Below are positions 39,981 through 50,425 of a stretch of DNA of 64,000 nucleotides, piece by piece. The stretch spans positions 5,685,299 to 5,749,298 of the forward strand of contig NZ_CP051167.1 of the NCBI RefSeq assembly GCF_012295525.1, read 5' to 3'. Positions within the stretch are counted from its first letter, which is position 1; each line of letters opens with the position of its first letter. This DNA comes from Oxynema aestuarii AP17. Lineage in GTDB: Bacteria; Cyanobacteriota; Cyanobacteriia; Cyanobacteriales; Laspinemataceae. The position numbers were made by a program, and so were the translations under genes. The notes under the pieces were generated by a model. That model worked only from the letters and a program-made list of their open reading frames with translations, was not told where the DNA came from and did not search any database.

Positions 39981-40769
39981 TCACGAGCGGCCCTCAGTCA
40001 ATGCCGTCACTGCAGCCAACCAGGCAAAATGAGGCAGGGCAAGCATTCGCCGCCAGCGCCAGGGTTCTTGATAGAGACGATAGGCCCATTCGAGATGCGC
40101 TCGTTGGATCCAACGGGGGGCGCGAACTTTCAGACCCGCCCAAATGTCGAAGCTGCCGCCGACGCCGATCCAGATCGATTGCGGGCAAAGGTGGCGGTGG
40201 TGGTCGATCCAAAATTCTTGGCGCGGGACCCCCATGCCGACGAGAATTAATTTCGGCTGTAACTTTTGTAGGGTGAGGGCGATCGCCGCTTCGTCTTCCG
40301 GCTTGAGATAGCCATGTTGGCAGCCCGCCACCGTCAATTCCGGGCAATGTTGCCGCCAGGAGGCCACCGCGCGATCGGCCACCCCCGGCGCCCCACCGAG
40401 GAAAAAGACCGATTCCCCTCGACGGGCGATCGCGCGCACCATCGATTCGGCCAATTCGATGCCGGGAGTGCGGCGGACTGTTTGGCCGCGAAGTTGCAAG
40501 TAAAAGACAATACCCGACCCGTCGGGAATCGCGAGATCCGCTCGTTGTAAAACTTGAGCCAGTTGGCGATCGCTGCGGGCTTGCATGGTCATTTCCGCAT
40601 TGAGCGTGACCACGTGGGTTCCGAGACCCCGTTCGGCGCGATCGCATAACCATTGCGGGTAATCATCCAGTAGCTGCACGGGTATTCCCAACACGGAAAA
40701 CGTTTGGGGAGCATCCGCCGTTTCCCTGACAGGCAAATCTTGGGCGTTTTGAGGAGTTGGCACGACCAT
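39981..40769 (-). CDS. WecB/TagA/CpsF-family glycosyltransferase (N-acetylmannosaminyltransferase-like)
   Basis: VVTLNAEM...DLAIPDGSGIV...FFLGGAPGVA...VAGCQHGY...LILVGMGVPRQE match the family blocks. Confidence 0.8.
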   Translation of the reverse strand: MVVPTPQNAQDLPVRETADAPQTFSVLGIPVQLLDDYPQWLCDRAERGLGTHVVTLNAEMTMQARSDRQLAQVLQRADLAIPDGSGIVFYLQLRGQTVRRTPGIELAESMVRAIARRGESVFFLGGAPGVADRAVASWRQHCPELTVAGCQHGYLKPEDEAAIALTLQKLQPKLILVGMGVPRQEFWIDHHRHLCPQSIWIGVGGSFDIWAGLKVRAPRWIQRAHLEWAYRLYQEPWRWRRMLALPHFAWLAAVTALTEGRS

Positions 40770-40956
40770 TTAACTAAAGCAAAAGGTGAGCGCTTGTATT
40801 TTAACCAGTTTCTGAGCATCCCTTGATAATCCGCCAAACTTCCACCAATCGATCCGCAACCTTTCCCCAAGCTCATTTTTGCCCTTTTAAAGATGTTGTC
40901 GTTGCTGCCAACAGTCGGGGGATGACTCTCAAATCGAGAGGCGATCGATTCGTTCC

Positions 40957-41769
40957 CTAATTCTTCAACCGTCGGACTTCGCGATCCACACTCAACCCAA
41001 TTTGTAACGCTTGATTGAGCAATCGTCCGTATTCGCTCACCTCGTCGCTAATTTCCAATCCTCGCAGGGTCGCCAAATTACTTTCAATACTGGCAAACAA
41101 TTCGTAACGGCGTTCGAGTAATCCTCGGTGTTCTCTGAGAATACGTTCCGTCCTCAAACTCCCAATTAAACTGTCTCGGGTCACTTGGAGGGCCGCGAGC
41201 ACTTCCGCGCGATCGCGCACCTGAACCCCCGTATTTCCCGCCGCTTCAATGCGATCGATCGCGTCGATCGATCGAATCACTTGATTGTATTTTTCAAGCT
41301 CTTCTAAAAACCTAAAAAAGTTCGTCAACTTCCTAGATTTTTTCCAAAGATAAATATTAATGAAACCCGCGATCGTCGCCACGATCGCTCCATTAATAGC
41401 GACAAATGTCAGCCCACTGCCCATGTCATTGCCCGAAAATCCCAAATAGCGAACCAGACTCAAACTAATCGGCGTACACAGCATAAACATTAAGGCGATC
41501 GCCAGCAAATGACTGACCAAAAACGCGATAAATTTCTGGCGATCGTGCCACAGTTTTGGGTGGTAAAGCAATCCTAAAATGGGATCGTTAATTTCGATGC
41601 CACTGACCTCTTCGATTTCTTCTTCTGTAACGATCAGCTCTTCTAATTCAGCGCGCATAGATATCGCCCACAAGATACAACCACGACCGGACTGATATTC
41701 GACTGGCGATCGCCCCAACCTTATCCTACCAAGGATTGAAGATACCACAAAGCACTTAACTCCAACCAA
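40957..41769 (-). CDS. Hypothetical membrane protein with C-terminal coiled-coil soluble domain
   Basis: Two TMs mid-protein. Overlaps the upstream gene by 14 nt, suggesting an operon. Start may be the internal MRAELEEL. Confidence 0.4.
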   Translation of the reverse strand: MVGVKCFVVSSILGRIRLGRSPVEYQSGRGCILWAISMRAELEELIVTEEEIEEVSGIEINDPILGLLYHPKLWHDRQKFIAFLVSHLLAIALMFMLCTPISLSLVRYLGFSGNDMGSGLTFVAINGAIVATIAGFINIYLWKKSRKLTNFFRFLEELEKYNQVIRSIDAIDRIEAAGNTGVQVRDRAEVLAALQVTRDSLIGSLRTERILREHRGLLERRYELFASIESNLATLRGLEISDEVSEYGRLLNQALQIGLSVDREVRRLKN

Positions 41770-42436
41770 ATATCCGCGAAATTAAATAAATCAAATTTAA
41801 GTAAAAATTCCCTTCAATTTGACGAAAAATTTGAAACTCTCCCCCTGGAGAACCGAAAAATGGTCTGAGCGTCCAAGCCATTTGCGTTCCGACAAAAGCA
41901 TAGAGAAACAACCAAAACTGTAACAATTTAGTGCGAGTTTCCTGTCCCGGGATCTCCGGTTCTGCCATCAACTGCATTCCCTCGTAGAAAAATTTAATAC
42001 CGAGTAACCCTGACAACCCCATAATCACCACATTCAGCAACAAAAAGAATTCATAACTTTGGGTACTGAGCAGAAAAAACAAACTGACGGGAGCAAAGCC
42101 AAACAAAATCGCACTCATGATCGACATGGCCGTCATCAATAACGCCAAATATTGTTTAAAACTGCGTTTTGAACCAAAAATTACACTAAAAATGTAAAGT
42201 GTTGGAAAGCAAATAATAAGGGTTAGCAGATAAAGAGCGGGCAGTTTAATAAATGAGGAAATTGACTGTAAAATGCTATGAGAAGCACCTAAAATTAATC
42301 CATAGATTCCAAAGAATATGGCACTGGCAAATAAAAGGGCAATTATTTTGCTTTGTAGTTTGACCCCTTTGAGGATTTCCTGTAAGAATTGGTTCCGATC
42401 TTGAAGCAGAGCAATCAAAACAGAAAAGCTGTTCAT
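41756..42436 (-). CDS. Hypothetical polytopic integral membrane protein (5-6 TM)
   Basis: Hydrophobicity pattern only. No family recognised. Confidence 0.45.
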   Translation of the reverse strand: MNSFSVLIALLQDRNQFLQEILKGVKLQSKIIALLFASAIFFGIYGLILGASHSILQSISSFIKLPALYLLTLIICFPTLYIFSVIFGSKRSFKQYLALLMTAMSIMSAILFGFAPVSLFFLLSTQSYEFFLLLNVVIMGLSGLLGIKFFYEGMQLMAEPEIPGQETRTKLLQFWLFLYAFVGTQMAWTLRPFFGSPGGEFQIFRQIEGNFYLNLIYLISRIFGWS

Positions 42437-42800
42437 GATGGAATGAGAGCGTAGTTAATTTTTAAGCCACGACTCTAACACAGCTTTTGGGGAAATTCGG
42501 TGAAATATATGAATTTTTCATAAAATTTTGCTAAATTTCCTGAAGTCCTTCGATGAGATTTAAATTGTCTCCGGCGATCGTTAAAACTGAAAAGGTCGGA
42601 GGGATCGGACCCAATGGCGATCGCGCCACGGTCAAATCGAGATCGCCAACCGACGCCATCGAGTCGAAAAGGGAAACGTCGCCCTCTGGAGGAAGTGCAT
42701 CGAAGCCGATCGCGGGCGATCGCATTGGTAAAGAATCGATCTAAAATTATAAAAGCGATTTCTATTTGTTGTTTTTGTAACTCATTCGAGGAGGTTAACT

Positions 42801-43769
42801 CTGAACCTTTCTGAAAACGCCCTCATTCCCGAAGCCCCCGAGGGATTCAAATCTGGATTTGTTGCGATTATCGGTCGTCCGAATGTGGGGAAATCCACGT
42901 TGATGAATCGATTGGTGGGACAAAAAATAGCGATTACTTCGCCCGTGGCGCAGACGACTCGCAACCGCCTGCGAGGGATTTTGACGACCCAGAAGGCACA
43001 AATTATTTTTGTTGATACGCCTGGGATTCACAAACCTCATCATCAATTGGGTAAAGTTCTGGTTAAAAATGCTCAAATTAGTATCGATTTAGTCGATGTT
43101 ATTTTGTTTCTCGTCGATGGTTCGACGGTGGCGGGGGGCGGCGATCGCTTCATTGCTGAATTATTGGAAAAAACCAAAACTCCTGTTATTTTAGGATTGA
43201 ATAAAGTCGATCTCAGACCCGAGATTTCTCAGGAACTCTCGGGGGAAAAAACGACAGAAGAAGACCCGATCGATGCCAGTTATCGCGCGATCGCCGAACC
43301 TCACAACTGGCCGATCGTCAACTTTTCTGCCTTGACGGGCGACCGCCTCAATGAGTTGATGCAGTTGTCGATCGATCGCCTCGAACCCGGGCCGTATTAC
43401 TATCCCCCCAACTTGGTGACCGACCAACCCGAACGGTTCATTATGGGGGAATTAATTCGCGAACAAATCTTATTATTAACTCGTGAAGAAATTCCGCATT
43501 CTGTCGCCGTCAGTATCGATCGCGTCGAAGAAACTGAAGCCATTACCCGAGTGTTAGCGACGATTAATATCGAACGTCAATCACAAAAAGGGATTATCAT
43601 TGGAAAAGGCGGTCAAATGCTCAAAGCGATCGGTTCCGCAGCCCGCCAACAAATGCAAAAGTTAGTCGATGGCAAAGTTTATCTCGAATTATTTGTCAAA
43701 GTGCAGCCGAAATGGCGACAATCTCGCACCCGTTTGGCCGAATTGGGTTATAAAGTTGAAAGAGATTGA
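42801..43769 (+). CDS. era: GTPase Era
   Basis: G1 GRPNVGKST, G3 DTPG, G4 NKVD, and a C-terminal KH domain (GKGGQMLKAIG). Upstream in-frame PEGFKSGFVAII suggests a non-ATG start near 42801. The ORF track begins at GTG 42885. Confidence 0.85.
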   Translation: MNLSENALIPEAPEGFKSGFVAIIGRPNVGKSTLMNRLVGQKIAITSPVAQTTRNRLRGILTTQKAQIIFVDTPGIHKPHHQLGKVLVKNAQISIDLVDVILFLVDGSTVAGGGDRFIAELLEKTKTPVILGLNKVDLRPEISQELSGEKTTEEDPIDASYRAIAEPHNWPIVNFSALTGDRLNELMQLSIDRLEPGPYYYPPNLVTDQPERFIMGELIREQILLLTREEIPHSVAVSIDRVEETEAITRVLATINIERQSQKGIIIGKGGQMLKAIGSAARQQMQKLVDGKVYLELFVKVQPKWRQSRTRLAELGYKVERD

Positions 43770-44240
43770 ACCGCATCGGCGTAATCGTTCGATCCGGCAC
43801 GATCGAGATCGCCGAGTCAAGATAGAATAGGAACGCGCGATCGCACGGGAGAAAATTTCCGCCTTTTCCGGGGCGATCGTGGCGATCGTAGAATCTCCTT
43901 GATTGAATTTATATCGTGCTTTATTTTGCTTGAACGGGGTGCAAATCGAGTCAGTCGGCGGGCGATGAAAGCCGATCTAGTTCTCCCGTCCAGTTAATCT
44001 ATCCCTGACGTTCCACTGATGCCCTATCCGAGGGGATGGAGTCAAAAGTAGGCGATCGCACGTGGATCTTCCATTAATAATCTTCCTACTTTTTGGCATA
44101 AACAGTTAAAAATATCGCTCTTTTCAAGGGCTATTATTGGTATTCCACGGAACAGACGGGAAATTGGGTAAATTTTTATCGTTTTGTAGTTCCTTGTTGA
44201 CCTGGATTTAAAGTCAATTCGATTAATTGTTTTTGTTGCT

Positions 44241-47200
44241 ATGTTCTTTTCTCTTGACGGCTACCAAGTCCTCGAATTAGTTTCTGAAACTGCAGCCTCG
44301 AAAGTTTATCGAGGCATCCGAGAAGACGATCGCACCCCAGTCGTCCTTAAACTTCTCAACAGCGAATATCCCACCCCCATTCAGTTAAAACGATATCGAC
44401 GAGAATATGAAATCCAAAAGAAATTAACCGGGGAAAAGATTTGTCAGGCGATCGCGCTTGAAGAATATAAAAACACCCTGATATTAATTTCTGAAGATGC
44501 AGGCATCTGTTTAAAACATCTCCTCAAGCGAGAACCGTTAACTTTGACGGAAAAGCTCGAAATAGCGATCCAAATTTGCGAGGCATTAGCGGAGGTCCAT
44601 CGAGCTAATATTATTCATAAAGACATCAATCCTTTTAATATCGTTGTCAATTCTGAAACTCGCAAAGTAAAGCTGATTGATTTCGGGATTGCAACTGCTT
44701 TAACCCGAGAACATCCCACCCTCAAGAATCCTACAATTTTAGAAGGAACGTTACCTTATATTTCTCCCGAACAAACCGGGCGGATGAATCGATCTTTAGA
44801 CTATCGTAGCGATTTTTATTCCTTCGGGATCGCCTTATACGAAATGTTTTCGGGACGAGTTCCTTTTGAGAGTGACGATGCGTTAGAGTTGGTTCACTGT
44901 CATATTGCTAAACCGCCGACCCCTTTAGATCGCCTAGATTGGGGGGACTCTGGTGATTTTCCCCAACCCTTGAGCGAGATCGTCATGAAATTGCTCGCGA
45001 AAAATGCGGAAGAACGGTATAAAAGTGCGTGGGGAATTCAAGCAGATTTAGCAGAATGTTTGGAACAACTCAAGGCGACCAATAGGGTTCGACCATTTGC
45101 TTTAGGGAAAAAAGATATTTCCGATCGCTTTGAAATTCCCCAAAAGCTTTATGGGAGAGAAAAAGAACTAGAAAGGTTATTAAAAGCTTTTTTTGATGTA
45201 GCTTCCACGCCAGAAGAACGGGGCGATCGCCAATCGGCTCGAACGAAATTGATTGTTGTTGAAGGATATTCTGGGGTAGGTAAATCTTGTTTAGTCTTAC
45301 AACTTTATAAACCCATTACTCGCCGTCGCGGTTATTTTATTTCGGGAAAATTCGATCAATTTCAGCGCAATATTCCCTATTCGGCGGTCGTTAGTGCTTT
45401 TCAGCAATTAGTCCGACAGTTGTTAACAGAAAGTGAAGCAGAATTAAAACGCTGGCGAGATAAAATACTGGCGGCGATCGCCCCCAACGCTCAAGTGATT
45501 GTCGATGTTCTTCCCGATATTGAAAAAATTATTGGTAAGCAGCCCCCAGTCGCCGAAGTGGGGGCGTCAGAAGCCCAAAATCGGTTTAATTTAGTCTTTC
45601 AAAACTTCATTCGGGCATTTTGCGATCGCGACCATCCCCTGACTATTTTTCTCGACGATTTACAATGGGCCGATTTAGCCAGTCTCAAATTGATCGAGTT
45701 AATGATGAGCGACGATCGTACCGAATATTTATTACCGATTGTTTCGTATCGAGAAAATGAAGTCGATGCTACACATCCGGCGATCGTTACCATTGAAAAA
45801 CTGCGTCAACAAGGGATTGAAATCGAGCAGATAGCCTTACAACCTTTGGATAAAGGCGCGATCGCTCAATTAGTAGCCGACACCTTACAGCATCCTGTTG
45901 AAAGAGTAGAAAGCTTAGCAAAATTACTGTTGCAAAAAACGGAAGGAAATCCATTTTTTGTCAATCAGTTTTTACAAACATTATATACAGAAGGCGCTAT
46001 TTTTCTAGATCTCCAGACTCATCAATGGCAGTGGGATGTTGCCGAGATCGAGCGCATGGATATTGCCGAAAATGTCGTTGAATTAACGGTAAAAAATTTA
46101 AAAAAATTACCCGAACTCACTCAAAAAGTTCTCCATCTTGGTGCTTGTCTCGGGTCGGAGTTTGATTTAGATACTCTGGCTACGATCGATCGCCAATCGA
46201 CTCAAGAACTCTTCAATCTCTTACTTCCTGCCGTAGAATCGGGTAGTGTTTTAACCCACAGCGATCGCGAAGAACGTCCCCGTCAAATCTATCAATTTGC
46301 TCACGATCGCATTCAACAAGTCGCCTACAATTCCTTTGAGGAAAACTACACGAAAAATATTCACTTGCAAATCGGTCGTTTTCTCTTGGAAGAAACCCCT
46401 CAAGAGAGTTTGCATGAAAATATTTTCGCGATCGCCGATCATTTTAATTTTGCTAAAGAACGAGTTATCGATTGTAACGAAATTGAAATGATAGCGAAAC
46501 TGAACTTGATGGCTGGAGAAAAGGCGATCGCCTCGACGGCTTATCCTGCAGCTTTAAATTATTGTCAAAAGGCGATCGATTGTCTGAGTGATTCTTGCTG
46601 GGAAGCACAATACGATCTGACCCTAACACTTTATACGAAACTCACCAAGGCGGCATTCTTATGCGGTCAGTTTGACAACGTAGAAAAATTTGCACGCATA
46701 GTTATCGATAACGCCAAGAATCCCTTCGATACCGTGCAAGTGTACTACATTAAAATTGAAACAGGAATGGCTCAAAATCAACTACAAAAAGCCATTCAAA
46801 TTGGTTTGAGCATTCTCAAAAAATTGGGAGTTGATTTTGGAGAAAATCTCGAAGCCATTGACGTGACTCAAAGTCTCGAAAATATTAACCGTCGATTGGC
46901 AAATATCGAACCCGAAAGCCTGCTCGATTTGCCGATCTTAGAAGATCCCCAACAATTGGGAATTCTGGAAATTCTCACTATTGTATCTCCTTGTTCTTTT
47001 ATTACAGCTCCTCAATTATTTATTGCCATCATTTGTAAGCAAATTGAAATTTACTTAGTCGCGGGAAATGCTATAAGTTTCGCTCCCACCACTTACGCAT
47101 TTTATGGATCGATTTGCTGTGGAATTCTGGGGGATGTAGAACGGGGTTATCAATTTGGTAAGCTGGCTATCAATTTAATTGATAAGTTTCACTTAGAAGC

Positions 47201-50096
47201 ACAACGAGCTAAAGTTGCAGTCATTTTTAATGCCACAACGGCTCACTGGAAAGATTCAGTCCAATCGAGCATTCAATCTTTGGTTGAAGCTTACAATATC
47301 GGACAACAAACCGGGGATTTACAATTTGCCGCCCATGGTTTGTATAATGCAGAGTTAGCGGCTTATATGAGTGGATCGCCTTTGCCGGAGTTGCTGGAAC
47401 GGATGGATCGCACGAACAAAATTATGGTTCAACTGCGGCAAAAAACTTTATTAAATTATCATTCAATTCACCATCAATCGATTCTCAATTTACTGGGAAA
47501 TGCTAAAGAAGAAAACCCAGAAGATAACAATACTCCACCCTGGATGTTACTCGGTTCGACGTATGACGAGCGAGAAAAGTTTAGCCTGCACGAGCAAGCC
47601 AAAGATTTGACGGGATTAGTCCATTTTTATTTAGCAAAAACCTTTCTGTTTTATTTATTTGAACAATTCGATCGCGCCCGTGAATTTGCGGAAAGGGGGC
47701 GTCAATCTTTAAGTGGGGTGACCGGACTGCTTTGCGGTTCCGTTTTTCAGTTTTACGAGGTTTTAGCCTATCTCGCATTTTACCCCCAAGCTTCGCCCGC
47801 CGACGGTCCCAGTTTACTCCAAAAAGTCGATGAAGCTCTGGCTAACTTTAAACGCTGGGGAGAACATGCGCCGTCAAATTACTTGCATAAATATTATCTC
47901 ATTAAAGCAGAAAAATATCGCGCGATCGGCGATCCGCTCAAGGCGATGGAAGCTTTCGATCGCGCGATCGAAATTGCGCGAAAATGCGCCTACTTGCACG
48001 AAGAGGCGATCGCCTACGAACGGGCCGCTCATTTCTATCTCGAATTGGGACGAGAAATGATTGCAAAAACTTACTTTTCTCAAGCTTATTATACCTATTT
48101 ACGCTGGGGAGCGATCGCCAAAGTACGAGATTTAGAAAGTCGCTATTCTCAATTTATCGCTCAAACTTCTACAAGTTCGACCCGTACTGTATCGACAAAA
48201 ACGAGCGTTCATACCTCTACCAGTACTGGATCGGGAAGCTCCCTCGATTTGGCGACAGTGATGAAAGCCTCTCAAGCTATTTCTGGAGAGATTCTCCTCG
48301 ATCGCCTCCTCGAACAATTGATGACAATTGTGATGGAAAATGCAGGAGCGCAACGGGGTTATTTAATCTTAGAAAGAAACGAAAAATTCTTTATTGAAGG
48401 GCGCGCCGAACTCGACTCCGTAACTGTTTTAGAATCTCTTTCTTTCGACGATCGCCTACCCATTTCTGTTATTAATTACGTCATTCGGACTCATGAAATA
48501 GTTGTAAAAACAAATGCATTTGAAGCCGGACAGTTCACCAACGATCCCTATATTCAAACTCATCAAACTCAGTCGATGTTATGCGCGCCCTTGCTCGATC
48601 GCGGACAGTTGACCGGGTTAATTTATCTGGAAAACAACTTAACTCCCGGCGCTTTTACCCCAGAACGCATCGAACTGTTACAACTACTTTCCGGACAGGC
48701 GGCGATCGCGATTGCCAATGCCAAACTGTACCAACAAGTCCGCGACAACCAACAACAACTTACCCAGTTTCTCGAAGCGATTCCCGTCGGTATTTTTATT
48801 AGCAATTCCCGAGGTCAATCCTACTATGCCAACCGCATCGCTCAAGAATTAATGGGGCGGGGAATTGCGCCGGAAGCTTCTTTAGAAGAATGGCCCGACG
48901 TCTATCAAATTTATTTAGCCGATAGCAATGCCAAATGCTCTATAGAAAATCTGCCGATCGCCAAAGCTTTAAGTGGCAAAACAATTAAAGTTGACGATTT
49001 AGAAATTGCTCATCAAAATCGACGAGTTCCTATTGAAGTTTTAGCAACGCCAATCTACGACGAACGGGGAAATTTAAACTACGCGATCGCCGCTTTTCAA
49101 GATATTAGCGAACGCAAACAAGCCGAAAAATTACTCGCCGAATACAATCGGACTCTCGAACGACAAGTCGCCGAACGCACCCAAGAACTACAACAAACTC
49201 TCGAATACTTGCAAGCGACCCAACAAGAGTTAATTCAATCGGAAAAAATGGCGGCTTTAGGCCAACTCGTTGCGGGAGTAGCTCACGAAATCAATACCCC
49301 CCTCGGTGCGATTCGTTCTAGTGCGGGCAATATGGGTAAATTCCTCAATCAAAGCCTCGAAGATTTACCCGGAATTTTACAATCCCTTTCTTCAGAAGAA
49401 ACTCGTGAATTCCTCAATTTGCTACGTCGTTCGTTGGAACAAGAAAATACACTTTCTGCACGAGAAGAACGCAAAATCCGCCGCAGTTTAATCCGCGAAC
49501 TCGATGCAGAAAATATCGAAAACAGTACCCACTTAGCCGATACCCTTGTCGATATGGGAATTTACGATAATATCGGCGAACTTTTACCCTTATTTCGACG
49601 GGAAAACAGCGATAAAATTGTCGATCTGGCCTACAAGCTTTCCGGGCTGCAAAAAAGTACGGCTCGTATCGAAATGGCGACGGAACGCGCCTCAAAAGTC
49701 GTGTTTGCACTAAAAACCTACGCTCGTTACGATAGTAGTGGGGAAAAAACGACGGCCAGCTTGAGCGAAAGCATCGAAACGGTTTTGACGTTATATCACA
49801 ACCAACTCAAACATGGAGTCGAAGTCATCCGCAATTACCAAGATCTGCCGCCGATTTGGTGTTATCCGGACGAACTCAATCAAGTCTGGACGAATCTCAT
49901 TCACAATGCTTTGCAAGCGATGAATTATCGAGGTCGATTATGGCTGACGATTGCTCGCTGCGGCGGCGAAGCGAAAGTTTCGATTACAGATAACGGTTGT
50001 GGGATTCCTGCGGAGGTCTTGCCGAAAATTTTCAATCCTTTTTTCACGACCAAACCCGCAGGAGAGGGGAAGCGGTTTGGGACTCGATATCGTTAA
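44241..50096 (+). CDS. HstK-type hybrid sensor: Ser/Thr-kinase-like domain - P-loop STAND/AAA ATPase - TPR-like helical region - GAF - PAS - HisKA - HATPase_c; 3' end frameshifted
   Basis: Kinase subdomains ([20 protein letters not shown]). Walker [12 protein letters not shown] ([16 protein letters not shown]...[18 protein letters not shown]). PAS. H-box [21 protein letters not shown]1 boxes. A 1-nt insertion near 50068-50072 stops the frame at 50096; the remaining G2 box and C-terminus continue in the +1 frame to 50196. Confidence 0.8.
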   Translation: MFFSLDGYQVLELVSETAASKVYRGIREDDRTPVVLKLLNSEYPTPIQLKRYRREYEIQKKLTGEKICQAIALEEYKNTLILISEDAGICLKHLLKREPLTLTEKLEIAIQICEALAEVHRANIIHKDINPFNIVVNSETRKVKLIDFGIATALTREHPTLKNPTILEGTLPYISPEQTGRMNRSLDYRSDFYSFGIALYEMFSGRVPFESDDALELVHCHIAKPPTPLDRLDWGDSGDFPQPLSEIVMKLLAKNAEERYKSAWGIQADLAECLEQLKATNRVRPFALGKKDISDRFEIPQKLYGREKELERLLKAFFDVASTPEERGDRQSARTKLIVVEGYSGVGKSCLVLQLYKPITRRRGYFISGKFDQFQRNIPYSAVVSAFQQLVRQLLTESEAELKRWRDKILAAIAPNAQVIVDVLPDIEKIIGKQPPVAEVGASEAQNRFNLVFQNFIRAFCDRDHPLTIFLDDLQWADLASLKLIELMMSDDRTEYLLPIVSYRENEVDATHPAIVTIEKLRQQGIEIEQIALQPLDKGAIAQLVADTLQHPVERVESLAKLLLQKTEGNPFFVNQFLQTLYTEGAIFLDLQTHQWQWDVAEIERMDIAENVVELTVKNLKKLPELTQKVLHLGACLGSEFDLDTLATIDRQSTQELFNLLLPAVESGSVLTHSDREERPRQIYQFAHDRIQQVAYNSFEENYTKNIHLQIGRFLLEETPQESLHENIFAIADHFNFAKERVIDCNEIEMIAKLNLMAGEKAIASTAYPAALNYCQKAIDCLSDSCWEAQYDLTLTLYTKLTKAAFLCGQFDNVEKFARIVIDNAKNPFDTVQVYYIKIETGMAQNQLQKAIQIGLSILKKLGVDFGENLEAIDVTQSLENINRRLANIEPESLLDLPILEDPQQLGILEILTIVSPCSFITAPQLFIAIICKQIEIYLVAGNAISFAPTTYAFYGSICCGILGDVERGYQFGKLAINLIDKFHLEAQRAKVAVIFNATTAHWKDSVQSSIQSLVEAYNIGQQTGDLQFAAHGLYNAELAAYMSGSPLPELLERMDRTNKIMVQLRQKTLLNYHSIHHQSILNLLGNAKEENPEDNNTPPWMLLGSTYDEREKFSLHEQAKDLTGLVHFYLAKTFLFYLFEQFDRAREFAERGRQSLSGVTGLLCGSVFQFYEVLAYLAFYPQASPADGPSLLQKVDEALANFKRWGEHAPSNYLHKYYLIKAEKYRAIGDPLKAMEAFDRAIEIARKCAYLHEEAIAYERAAHFYLELGREMIAKTYFSQAYYTYLRWGAIAKVRDLESRYSQFIAQTSTSSTRTVSTKTSVHTSTSTGSGSSLDLATVMKASQAISGEILLDRLLEQLMTIVMENAGAQRGYLILERNEKFFIEGRAELDSVTVLESLSFDDRLPISVINYVIRTHEIVVKTNAFEAGQFTNDPYIQTHQTQSMLCAPLLDRGQLTGLIYLENNLTPGAFTPERIELLQLLSGQAAIAIANAKLYQQVRDNQQQLTQFLEAIPVGIFISNSRGQSYYANRIAQELMGRGIAPEASLEEWPDVYQIYLADSNAKCSIENLPIAKALSGKTIKVDDLEIAHQNRRVPIEVLATPIYDERGNLNYAIAAFQDISERKQAEKLLAEYNRTLERQVAERTQELQQTLEYLQATQQELIQSEKMAALGQLVAGVAHEINTPLGAIRSSAGNMGKFLNQSLEDLPGILQSLSSEETREFLNLLRRSLEQENTLSAREERKIRRSLIRELDAENIENSTHLADTLVDMGIYDNIGELLPLFRRENSDKIVDLAYKLSGLQKSTARIEMATERASKVVFALKTYARYDSSGEKTTASLSESIETVLTLYHNQLKHGVEVIRNYQDLPPIWCYPDELNQVWTNLIHNALQAMNYRGRLWLTIARCGGEAKVSITDNGCGIPAEVLPKIFNPFFTTKPAGEGKRFGTRYR

Positions 50097-50425
50097 CAAA
50101 ATTGTGCAGAAACATTCAGGTACAATTGAAGTGGAAAGCGAACCGGGTCGCACCAGTTTCCACATTTCTCTGCCGTTACAGATAGATAAAGGGTGAGAGC
50201 GACGATTGCCTAAAAGCGATCGCCTAATTCTAAGGCAGGCATTCTATAATTTTGCTTATACTTCTGACTTGAAGATTACCTTAAGTCGGTACTTGACCCG
50301 GCGCGTGCTTGAAGCTTTATCAATTTTATCCGGTTATTCTCCCAAATGATTTGAGAGATCGATCTACTCCCCCGTCCTGTCACTGTCTCGACGAACCCCC
50401 GTATTGAATAAGGAGACTTCTGCTC

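Noticed and set aside
49951-50196. 81-aa ORF listed separately downstream of the first HstK gene
   Set aside because: It is not an independent gene. It encodes the G2 box and C-terminus of the HstK HATPase domain in the +1 frame (see the frameshift finding).
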